From contig JAPKEJ010000008.1 of the NCBI GenBank assembly GCA_028822155.1, forward strand, positions 432-64,431: a stretch of DNA of 64,000 nucleotides, read 5' to 3'. The stretch's first letter is position 1. Every line of letters starts with the position of its first letter. Under the pieces are notes generated by a model. It was not told the DNA's origin, did no database searches, and saw only the letters and a program-made list of their open reading frames with translations. Shown here in pieces: positions 8,700 through 17,214 of the stretch. This stretch comes from Porticoccaceae bacterium (GTDB lineage Bacteria; Pseudomonadota; Gammaproteobacteria; Pseudomonadales; Porticoccaceae). The translations under genes and the position numbers were made by a program.

Positions 8700-11141
8700 A
8701 TGTCCACAGCGCAGACCCTTCCTAGTGAAGCAGAAGTTATCATTATAGGTGGGGGTATTGTGGGCTGCTCGATTGCATATCACTTAGCGAAGAGGGGTGT
8801 TAAAGACGTTGTACTGCTAGAACGAAAGCAACTGACTTGTGGGACAACCTGGCATGCTGCTGGTCTAGTCAGCATGCTGTGGCCAACACCAACCCTGACC
8901 AATCTTGCAAAATACTGCCATGAATTATATGCATCCTTAGAATCTGAAACAGGTCAAGCCACAGGCTACAAGCGCATAGGAAGTGTTTCATTGGCGAGAA
9001 ACTCAGAAAGGCTTGAAGAACTCCAGCGAACCTCATCAATGGCCAAAGTGTTTGGCGTTTCATCCCAAATGATTAATAACCAAGAACTCGAAGCGCTATA
9101 TCCCGGCGTGAATACGGAAGGTGTAGTTGGCAGTCTGTATGTTGAAAAAGACGGACAAACCAATCCAATTGATACCACGATGGCATTGGCTAAAGGTGCG
9201 CGTGCCTTAGGTGTGCAGATCATAGAAAACACTAAAGTCGACGACATATTACTCGATGGCGATAAAGCTATTGGTGTCCGTTGCGGCGAAGATTCAATAA
9301 AAGGAAAAAAAATCATTCTGACAGGAGGCTTATGGTCTCGAGAAATTGCAAAAAAGATTGGCATTAAACTACCTCTGTATGCATGTGAACATTATTATGT
9401 AGTGACAGAAGCAATGCCTAAACTAACGCCAAGACCGGTGATGCGAGATTTTGATAAAGGAGTTTATTTTAAAGAAGATGCCGGCAAAATGCTCATCGGA
9501 TGGTTTGAAAAAAATGCCATCGGTTGTCCAATGACGAGGATAAGAGAAGACTTTTCCTTTGATGAATTTCCTGTCGATATGGGGCATATCGAACCCTATT
9601 TAATGGCAGCTATGGAAACATTCCCACAAATAGGCGAAACCGGCATAAGGACTTTTTTTAATGGACCCGAAAGCTTTACCAATGACAATCTACACTTGCT
9701 GGGACCGACCCCCGAGATTGAAAACTTTTACGTAGCTTGCGGTATGAATTCTAAAGGTATTGCTGCTGCTGGCGGCCTTGGTAAGATCTTTGCAGATTGG
9801 GTGGTTGACGGTTACCCATCAGGAGAAATAACTGAAACCGATGTCAGGAGAAATAATTCAATACAAACAACACAATCATACGTTGAATCCAGAATTCCTG
9901 AAGCATTGGGTCACACCTATTCAATGCATTGGCCTTTTTATCAATATGAAACAGCTCGAAATCTTTGGAAATCACCATTACATGACACTCTTTCCAAAGA
10001 AGGTGCATGCTTTGGAGAAGTGGGAGGGTTTGAGCGAGCTAATTGGTTTGCAAGAAATGGGTCAAAAGCAGAATATACATACAGCTACAAACGTCAAAAT
10101 TGGTTTAAGTTTTATGAACAAGAGCATCTTGCAGTAAGAGAGTCTGTTGGAGTTTATGATATTTCATCTTTTGGGAAATTCCATGTATGCGGGAAAAATG
10201 CAATGGAAACATTGCAATATATTAGCTGTGCCAATATTGATGTAGATCCAGGAAAAGTTATTTATACACAATGGTTAAACGATCGAGGTGGTATCGAAGC
10301 CGACTTAACTATCGCAAGGATAAACGAAGACAGTTATGACGTTACAACAGGCATTTCTTCATTAAAAAGAGATTGGTCACATCTAAACAAGCATCTCAAA
10401 GGCGATACCAATGTCACAGATATTACAATGGACTATGCTTGTTTGTCAGTGCAAGGACCACAATCAAGAGTATTATTGCAAAATATCATAAATGTTGATC
10501 TCTCGAATGAACATTTTATCTTCGGCACGGGTAAACATGCCAAGATCGCAGGTGCGAAATTATGGATACAGAAACTATCTTATGTTGGTGAACTTGGCTG
10601 GGAGCTTTTTATCCCATCTATTGATGCTAAAAAAGTCTATCTAGCCATCAAACAAGAAGGGAAAAAACATCAAATATGCGATGTAGGCATGCATGCGTTA
10701 AATAGCCTAAGACTCGAGAAGGGGTATCGTCATTGGGGTCACGATATATCAGCTGAAGACAATTTGTTTGAGGCAGGTCTGTCTTTTACCGCAAAACCAG
10801 GTGCAAGTGATTTTATAGGTAAAGATGCCTTTCTTAAGGTCCAGGCTAGTGGAATTCCAGAGAGAAGATTGGTTCAATTTAAATTGGATGATCCATTACC
10901 ATTGTTGTACCACAATGAGCCTATTATTATGAATGATGCCGTGAGTGGTTATTTAACATCAGGTATGTATGGCCACAGCTTGGGTGCGGCGATTGGCATG
11001 GGGTACATCAAATCACCCGAGATAACACAAGAAGTATTGGCAAACGCTAAATTTGAAATAGAAATTGCAACCGAACGTTATACTGCGCAAGCGTCACTCA
11101 AAGCGCTATACGATCCAGCTGGAAAGAAAATGGCAATGTAA
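8700..11141 (+). CDS. GcvT-family FAD-dependent oxidoreductase (sarcosine/dimethylglycine dehydrogenase-like)
   Basis: IIIGGGIVG, TCGTTWHAAG, NGPESFT, SYVGELGWE, LRLEKGYRHWG. Confidence 0.9.
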   Translation: MSTAQTLPSEAEVIIIGGGIVGCSIAYHLAKRGVKDVVLLERKQLTCGTTWHAAGLVSMLWPTPTLTNLAKYCHELYASLESETGQATGYKRIGSVSLARNSERLEELQRTSSMAKVFGVSSQMINNQELEALYPGVNTEGVVGSLYVEKDGQTNPIDTTMALAKGARALGVQIIENTKVDDILLDGDKAIGVRCGEDSIKGKKIILTGGLWSREIAKKIGIKLPLYACEHYYVVTEAMPKLTPRPVMRDFDKGVYFKEDAGKMLIGWFEKNAIGCPMTRIREDFSFDEFPVDMGHIEPYLMAAMETFPQIGETGIRTFFNGPESFTNDNLHLLGPTPEIENFYVACGMNSKGIAAAGGLGKIFADWVVDGYPSGEITETDVRRNNSIQTTQSYVESRIPEALGHTYSMHWPFYQYETARNLWKSPLHDTLSKEGACFGEVGGFERANWFARNGSKAEYTYSYKRQNWFKFYEQEHLAVRESVGVYDISSFGKFHVCGKNAMETLQYISCANIDVDPGKVIYTQWLNDRGGIEADLTIARINEDSYDVTTGISSLKRDWSHLNKHLKGDTNVTDITMDYACLSVQGPQSRVLLQNIINVDLSNEHFIFGTGKHAKIAGAKLWIQKLSYVGELGWELFIPSIDAKKVYLAIKQEGKKHQICDVGMHALNSLRLEKGYRHWGHDISAEDNLFEAGLSFTAKPGASDFIGKDAFLKVQASGIPERRLVQFKLDDPLPLLYHNEPIIMNDAVSGYLTSGMYGHSLGAAIGMGYIKSPEITQEVLANAKFEIEIATERYTAQASLKALYDPAGKKMAM

Positions 11142-11189
11142 TTTCTATTTACACAGCCACTTAACTGAGGTCGGACATAACGCTGAATT

Positions 11190-11885
11190 TCAGATTGTAT
11201 CGGACATGATTAGATCCGCTTCAATGCACTCATCAAGCAATGCCAAAAAGGCCTTGCGAGACTTGTTCTTAGTCCCATTAAATGCAGTCATATTTAATTG
11301 TCCAAAACCTTTGCCTGCCATCTGTGACGCCTGCTCGAGATGTTCGACAGGAACTATTTGGTCATAAAATCCAGCCGTTATTGCATCAGCTGAAGTCCAT
11401 ATCTCAGCATTGATTACGCAGCGATTGAAATAATTTGCCGGGATGCGATAGCGAGCGAGCTCAATGCCAAAATTGTGCATTGTCATGCCGATCAGCGTTT
11501 CATTGAGCCCCGTTTTAAAGGGCCCATCTGCTCCGATTCTATAGTCGCAGGCCAGCATCAAAAAGGCACCCATAGCGATACAGTGGCCAGTAGATACAGC
11601 AATAACTGGAGTAGGGAAGGATAATATTCGTCGGGCCATCTTTGAGCCTCTTGAGGTCAAAAAGATTGCCTGCTCCGGTCCTTTGGACATTTCTTTAAGG
11701 TCAAACCCACCAGAAAATATGCCGTCTCTTCCTTTCAGAATCACGATCGCTTCACTCTTCTCTGCTTGATCAAATGCAGTCTCTAATTCGTCCCACATGA
11801 CGTGAGACAATACGTTGGCCTTGCCGTCGTCCATAGCAATGGTGGCTATACCATCGCTCAAGGTGTAAGTAACAATAGTACCCAT
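11190..11885 (-). CDS. Crotonase/enoyl-CoA hydratase family protein
   Basis: MDDGKANVL, FSGGFDL, GHCIAMGAFL, GLNETLIG. Likely start MGTIV at 11885. Confidence 0.85.
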   Translation of the reverse strand: MGTIVTYTLSDGIATIAMDDGKANVLSHVMWDELETAFDQAEKSEAIVILKGRDGIFSGGFDLKEMSKGPEQAIFLTSRGSKMARRILSFPTPVIAVSTGHCIAMGAFLMLACDYRIGADGPFKTGLNETLIGMTMHNFGIELARYRIPANYFNRCVINAEIWTSADAITAGFYDQIVPVEHLEQASQMAGKGFGQLNMTAFNGTKNKSRKAFLALLDECIEADLIMSDTI

Positions 11886-12094
11886 ATTAGCTTCCTTTAA
11901 ATCAAATTTTGAGTCATTAGTTCCTAATGCCAAGCAGACTAAATCAAGATTGCATCACCTGTCAAACTGCGATGCCTTCACATTGCAATTAAGTCAGTAA
12001 TTCATCATGCCTTAGCCGATACTTCAGTGCTTGCGTAGAGCTTATATGGCTGTGATACTAGCCTAAATAAATATTTTATTTGGAAGGATAAGTC

Positions 12095-12352
12095 ATGCAA
12101 AAGTTTGCGCAGATTAACATGTATATATTGGCTGGGTTTTGGCTGGCATTTATCGTTAACCTTGTCATGCCATTGGGTGGTTCGTTGGGTACCGGAGTAC
12201 TTTGGGCGGGTATGGTATTTTTGGTGCTACATGTCATTGAATTGGCGGTAGTCTACTCTAAGCTTAAGGCTGCTGGTCGCGCTGGTAGTGCTGATATTGT
12301 TGCCGTTTTAGCCTTCGGCATTCTCTATTGGAAACCGCTACTAAAAAAGTAA
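12095..12352 (+). CDS. Small membrane protein (DUF1145-like)
   Basis: 85 aa, hydrophobic, LHVIE and FGI motifs, RBS ggaagga. Confidence 0.6.
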   Translation: MQKFAQINMYILAGFWLAFIVNLVMPLGGSLGTGVLWAGMVFLVLHVIELAVVYSKLKAAGRAGSADIVAVLAFGILYWKPLLKK

Positions 12353-12418
12353 ATTAAATCACCAGATAATGACCCAAGAGTATGTTTGCATAACCTTGGG
12401 TCGTTTTAGTGCTATTCT

Positions 12419-12784
12419 CTAGATTAGCTGCAAGGCCATAGATACAAGGCAGCCAAGGGAACCCAGCCAGATAATAGTCCGTAGATAAGTTATACCAAAG
12501 GTATAGCACGCCACATAGGCGACTCTTAGTGCCAACCATGCCATTGCAGTTGTTGTTAAATCCACACCCATATGCATAGACAGTAAGCATAGCGCTAAAA
12601 AGGCGGGTAAGCTCTCTTGATAGTTCGCAGCGGCTCTAGCAACTCTGTTATAGATAACGGAAGTTTCTACAGTGTCATCCCTATTTGATAGCAGATATGT
12701 AATATTCTTCAGATTGAGGCTAGCAGGTAAAATCCAGAACTGAACGAGTGCAAGTGCAAGCGCGTAAATTATTAGCGTGGCCAT
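12419..12784 (-). CDS. MAPEG family membrane protein
   Basis: RVARAAANYQESLPAF and LRVAY motifs, four hydrophobic helices. Confidence 0.8.
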   Translation of the reverse strand: MATLIIYALALALVQFWILPASLNLKNITYLLSNRDDTVETSVIYNRVARAAANYQESLPAFLALCLLSMHMGVDLTTTAMAWLALRVAYVACYTFGITYLRTIIWLGSLGCLVSMALQLI

Positions 12785-12860
12785 TGTGATGCTTCCTTTT
12801 TAATGGTGAGTAACGAGTGCCACGTTAGCAGAGCATCGCATATGCTACAACAGAGCCTGA

Positions 12861-12896
12861 TCATCTAGCTTACTCTGGTATGTTACCAAGAGATGA
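12861..12896. promoter_or_regulatory. Inverted repeat in the divergent MAPEG/frmA intergenic region, possible operator
   Basis: TGGTA-tgt-TACCA core (12876-12888) nested inside TCATCT...AGATGA. Confidence 0.35.
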
Positions 12897-13053
12897 TGTT
12901 GGGCCTTTTTATGCTACTTGAGTGCTTCGGCGAGTACTGGTTTATGGCGAGAACTATGGGTACTATATTTTGATGAATACGGTAAGATATATCGCTGATA
13001 AATAGTCCTTTAGTTATTATAAAAATTAAAACAAAAAGTTTTGGAGTATCGAT

Positions 13054-14160
13054 ATGAAAACGCGCGCAGCCGTTGCATTTGAAGCAGGGAAACCATTAGA
13101 AGTCGTTGAAGTAGATCTTGAAGGGCCAAGAGCTGGAGAAGTTTTGGTTGAAATAAAAGCTACGGGGGTATGTCACACAGACGCATTCACTCTTTCTGGC
13201 GATGACCCAGAGGGAGCCTTTCCAGCTATTCTTGGCCATGAAGGGGCTGGAATTGTCGTTGAAGTAGGGCCGGATGTTAAAACCCTCAAGCCTGGCGATC
13301 ATGTTATTCCACTTTACACTGCAGAGTGCAGGGAGTGCGACTTTTGCTTAAACCCAAAAACCAACTTATGTCAGGCGGTCAGAGCGACACAGGGTAAAGG
13401 TGTTATGCCTGATGGTACTAGCCGATTTTCTTTTGAAGGCAAGCCAATACTGCATTATATGGGTTGTTCGACCTTCTCAAACTACACAGTGTTACCAGAA
13501 ATTTCTCTGGCCAAAGTACGTGAAGATGCGCCTTTTGACAAGATTTGCTATATCGGCTGTGGAGTGACCACAGGTATAGGAGCAGTGGCTTTTACAATGA
13601 AGGTTGAGGCGGGATCCACAGTGGCAGTATTTGGCTTGGGCGGTATTGGACTCAATGTTGTGCAGGGAGCCAAGATGGTGGGTGCGACGCGTATTATTGG
13701 AATCGATCTTAACCCATCACGCATTCCTCTGGCGACGCAGTTTGGAATGACAGACTTCATCAATCCTAGCGAGGTAGAGAACGTTGTCGATCACATTATC
13801 CAAATGACCGGTGGTGGTGTTGACTACAGCTTTGAATGTATTGGTAACGTTGATGTAATGCGCCAGGCTTTGGAGTGCTGCCACAAGGGATGGGGAGAGA
13901 GTTGCATCGTGGGTGTTGCTGGTGCCGGTAAAGAAATTGCGACACGACCCTTTCAGCTTGTCACCGGCCGCTCTTGGCGGGGCACCGCATTTGGTGGGGC
14001 GCGAGGTCGCACTGACGTACCAAGAATTGTCGATTGGTATATGGATGGAAAAATTAATATTGATGATTTAATTACCCACAAGATGCCCTTAGAAGATATA
14101 AACAAGGCGTTTGACCTCATGCATGCGGGTAAAAGCATTCGATCAGTCGTGGAGTTCTAG
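13054..14160 (+). CDS. frmA: S-(hydroxymethyl)glutathione dehydrogenase (class III alcohol dehydrogenase)
   Basis: GVCHTD, LGHEGAG, CxxCxxC..C zinc site, [10 protein letters not shown]. Confidence 0.97.
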   Translation: MKTRAAVAFEAGKPLEVVEVDLEGPRAGEVLVEIKATGVCHTDAFTLSGDDPEGAFPAILGHEGAGIVVEVGPDVKTLKPGDHVIPLYTAECRECDFCLNPKTNLCQAVRATQGKGVMPDGTSRFSFEGKPILHYMGCSTFSNYTVLPEISLAKVREDAPFDKICYIGCGVTTGIGAVAFTMKVEAGSTVAVFGLGGIGLNVVQGAKMVGATRIIGIDLNPSRIPLATQFGMTDFINPSEVENVVDHIIQMTGGGVDYSFECIGNVDVMRQALECCHKGWGESCIVGVAGAGKEIATRPFQLVTGRSWRGTAFGGARGRTDVPRIVDWYMDGKINIDDLITHKMPLEDINKAFDLMHAGKSIRSVVEF

Positions 14161-15039
14161 ATGGTGCAAGATAGCAGCGTAGAGCAAATTGGGTCTAACC
14201 AGAGTTTCGGTGGTAGGCAGTTACGCTACCGACATCGGTCAACCGTGCTTGATTGTGATATGACTTTTTCTATCTATCTGCCCCCCCAAGCGGAGCAGGG
14301 AGATGTCCCTGTGGTTTATTGGCTATCTGGGCTAACGTGCACTGATGAGAACTTTGTTACCAAGGCGGGGGCTCAACAGCACGCTGCGGCGCATGGTATC
14401 GCTATTGTGTGTCCTGATACCAGCCCTCGAGGAGAAGGCGTACCTGATGATGCTGAAGGCGCCTATGACTTTGGTCTTGGTGCTGGGTTCTATGTTAATG
14501 CAACCGAGTCACCTTGGGAAAAACACTACAGAATGTATGATTATGTCGTTGATGAATTGCCGGCATTGATCAATGCTCAATTCCCAATTAACGGCAAGAA
14601 AATGTCTATTACGGGGCATTCCATGGGTGGACATGGCGCGCTAACTATCGCGCTCAAAAATCCAGAACGCTACTCTTCGGTATCGGCCTTCTCGCCAATT
14701 TGCGCACCTATTCAGTGCCCTTGGGGTCAAAAGGCACTTGGTCAATATATCGGTGGTAACTCGACAGACAATCATAGTGAGTGGGCGGGGTACGATACTG
14801 TAGAGTTAGTTAAAGCGTCACTGTCTAGCACTAAGGAGTCTTTGCCTGTGCTTATCGATCAAGGGGAGTCGGATAACTTTTTAGCTGAACAGCTCAATAC
14901 TCAATTGCTCGTGGATACCGCGGCAGATGCCGCGTTCCCTATGCGAATTCGGCTGCAGCCAGGGTATGATCATAGCTACTTTTTCATAGCCACTTTTATC
15001 GAAGAGCATTTACGATTTCACGCGGATGCTTTGCGCTAA
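14161..15039 (+). CDS. fghA: S-formylglutathione hydrolase
   Basis: WLSGLTC, PDTSPRG, GHSMGG nucleophile, GYDHSYFF. Confidence 0.97.
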   Translation: MVQDSSVEQIGSNQSFGGRQLRYRHRSTVLDCDMTFSIYLPPQAEQGDVPVVYWLSGLTCTDENFVTKAGAQQHAAAHGIAIVCPDTSPRGEGVPDDAEGAYDFGLGAGFYVNATESPWEKHYRMYDYVVDELPALINAQFPINGKKMSITGHSMGGHGALTIALKNPERYSSVSAFSPICAPIQCPWGQKALGQYIGGNSTDNHSEWAGYDTVELVKASLSSTKESLPVLIDQGESDNFLAEQLNTQLLVDTAADAAFPMRIRLQPGYDHSYFFIATFIEEHLRFHADALR

Positions 15040-15101
15040 AGTAGTGGTCCTTATTAGATAAGTAAGAGTCGGTTAGGTACGGCAAATAATTAGGGCGTTA
15101 G

Positions 15102-15110
15102 TGATAGAAT
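15102..15110 (+). promoter_or_regulatory. Extended -10 element upstream of the fds operon
   Basis: TGaTAGAAT about 50 bp before the fdsG start. Confidence 0.4.
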
Positions 15111-15162
15111 GCGGCGGTAATCAAGGGCACCAAGTAATCGCAGCCATTCAGGGGTAATTAGG

Positions 15163-15651
15163 TTGGATAAAAGCACTAATATTGACCAACTCGTAGAGCA
15201 GTTTAAAGACCTGCCAGGTGGCTTAATGCCTCTGTTGCATGCGGTTAAGCACACTGTTGGCTTCATCCCCGATGAATCTGTATCGCAGATCGCCAAAGGT
15301 TTTAATCTCTCTCGTGCCGAAGTGCATGGTGTAATTAGTTTCTATCACGATTTTAATACCAGTCCGGTGGGTCAACATACCGTCCAGATATGTCGTGCAG
15401 AGGCCTGCCAGTCAATGGGTTCTCGTCGGATTGAAGCCCATGCGAAAAAGAGCCTAGGTATAGAGTATGGTGAGACTACCGAGGATGGCCGGGTGACTCT
15501 GCAGCCAGTTTACTGTTTAGGAAACTGCGCTTGTTCACCCTCAATTCGTATTGATGATGATATCCATGCCAGAGTCAGCGCGGAGAGTTTTGATCAATTG
15601 ATGTCTGAGCTTTGTGCCCCAGCTACGGATAATGCTGGAGCGAAGAGATGA
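15163..15651 (+). CDS. fdsG: NAD-dependent formate dehydrogenase gamma subunit (NuoE-like, 2Fe-2S)
   Basis: NLSRAEVHGVISFYHDF, CRAEAC, CLGNCACSP. TTG start. Confidence 0.93.
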   Translation: MDKSTNIDQLVEQFKDLPGGLMPLLHAVKHTVGFIPDESVSQIAKGFNLSRAEVHGVISFYHDFNTSPVGQHTVQICRAEACQSMGSRRIEAHAKKSLGIEYGETTEDGRVTLQPVYCLGNCACSPSIRIDDDIHARVSAESFDQLMSELCAPATDNAGAKR

Positions 15652-17213
15652 ATATGAGATTCTTTGTCCCTCAAGATACTACTGCATTGGCGCTTGGCTC
15701 AAATTCTGTCGCGTCCATGTTGGCGGGTGAACTAAAAGAACGCGGCTTGAATGATGAAATAATTCGCAATGGCTCAAGGGGCATGTTTTGGTTGGAACCG
15801 CTACTTGAGGTGGAATATGGTGATAGTCGCTTGGCCTTTGGTCCTGTGACGCCTTCTGATGTATCCAGCATCTTAGATTGTTTAAGCTCACTTGAAAAAA
15901 ACACCAAGTCAGCAAATCATCCGCTGCACTTAGGCGAAGTTGATGAAATTGACTACCTAGCACGACAGCAGAGGTTAACCTTTAGTCGAGCTGGGGTGGG
16001 TGACCCTCTTTGTATAAAGAATTACCAAAATTTAGCTGGTTTTACGGGCCTTGCTCGGGCGGTTAAGCTTGAAAGCCAGGAGGTTGTTGATCAACTTAAA
16101 GACTCTGGGCTTCGTGGTCGTGGTGGAGCCGCATTTCCTGCAGGAATTAAGTGGCAGACAGTACTTGATACCCCTGGCGAGCAAAAGTACATCGTATGTA
16201 ATGCTGATGAAGGCGATTCTGGTACTTTTGCTGATCGATTACTCATGGAAGCCGATCCTTACCAGTTAATCGAAGGGATGGCGATTGCCGGACTCGCGGT
16301 TGGTGCGAATCAGGGTTATATCTACCTGCGCTCTGAATACCCTGTAGCTCATAAGATACTTAATCAGGCGATAGAGCGGGCTACTGAGGCTGGTTTTCTA
16401 GGGGAAAACATTTGTAATTCGAGCAGTGATTTCTTTCTTGAGGTTAGACTCGGCGCTGGCGCGTATATCTGCGGTGAAGAAACATCCCTTTTGGAGAGTT
16501 TAGAGGGGAAAAGGGGTATGGTTAGAGCTAAACCTCCATTGCCGGCGATTGAAGGATTATTTGGCAAGCCTACTGTTGTTAATAATGTCCTTACCCTTGG
16601 TGCTGCGGCAAGTATTCTAGAACAAGGTTCTGAAACCTATAAAGACTTCGGCATGGGGCGTTCACGAGGAACATTAGCTGTACAGCTCGCCGGTAACGTC
16701 AAGCGGGGTGGGGTTATAGAGCTAGCATTTGGTGTGACATTACGCGAGGTTGTTGAAGGTTTTGGCGATGGGACTTATAGCGGGCGGCCAATTCGGGCCA
16801 TTCAGATGGGCGGCCCCTTGGGAGCATTTCTGCCTGAATCTCAGTGGGATACGCCACTTGATTATGAAGCTTTTGCGGCTATTAAGGCGATGATCGGGCA
16901 TGGTGGTATTGTGGTATTTGACGACACTGTCGATATGGCTGCCCAAGCCCGGTTTGCGATGGAATTTTGCGCGGTTGAGTCATGCGGAAAGTGCACGCCT
17001 TGTCGAATTGGCGCAACTCGCGGTGTAGAGGTCATTGACCGTATTGTAAAAAACCAAGATCGTGATAATAATCTAATTTTACTGACTGATCTCTGTGACA
17101 CCATGGAACTCGGTTCTCTCTGTGCAATGGGTGGTATGACGCCGTTTCCAGTGCGCAGTGCATTAACTTATTTTGCAGAAGATTTCGGTGGCGAAAGCCC
17201 TAGAGAGAATTAA
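15648..17213 (+). CDS. fdsB: NAD-dependent formate dehydrogenase beta subunit (NuoF-like)
   Basis: GLRGRGGAAFP, NADEGDSGT, GAGAYICGEET, ESCGKCTPCRIG. Confidence 0.95.
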   Translation: MNMRFFVPQDTTALALGSNSVASMLAGELKERGLNDEIIRNGSRGMFWLEPLLEVEYGDSRLAFGPVTPSDVSSILDCLSSLEKNTKSANHPLHLGEVDEIDYLARQQRLTFSRAGVGDPLCIKNYQNLAGFTGLARAVKLESQEVVDQLKDSGLRGRGGAAFPAGIKWQTVLDTPGEQKYIVCNADEGDSGTFADRLLMEADPYQLIEGMAIAGLAVGANQGYIYLRSEYPVAHKILNQAIERATEAGFLGENICNSSSDFFLEVRLGAGAYICGEETSLLESLEGKRGMVRAKPPLPAIEGLFGKPTVVNNVLTLGAAASILEQGSETYKDFGMGRSRGTLAVQLAGNVKRGGVIELAFGVTLREVVEGFGDGTYSGRPIRAIQMGGPLGAFLPESQWDTPLDYEAFAAIKAMIGHGGIVVFDDTVDMAAQARFAMEFCAVESCGKCTPCRIGATRGVEVIDRIVKNQDRDNNLILLTDLCDTMELGSLCAMGGMTPFPVRSALTYFAEDFGGESPREN

Positions 17214-17214
17214 T

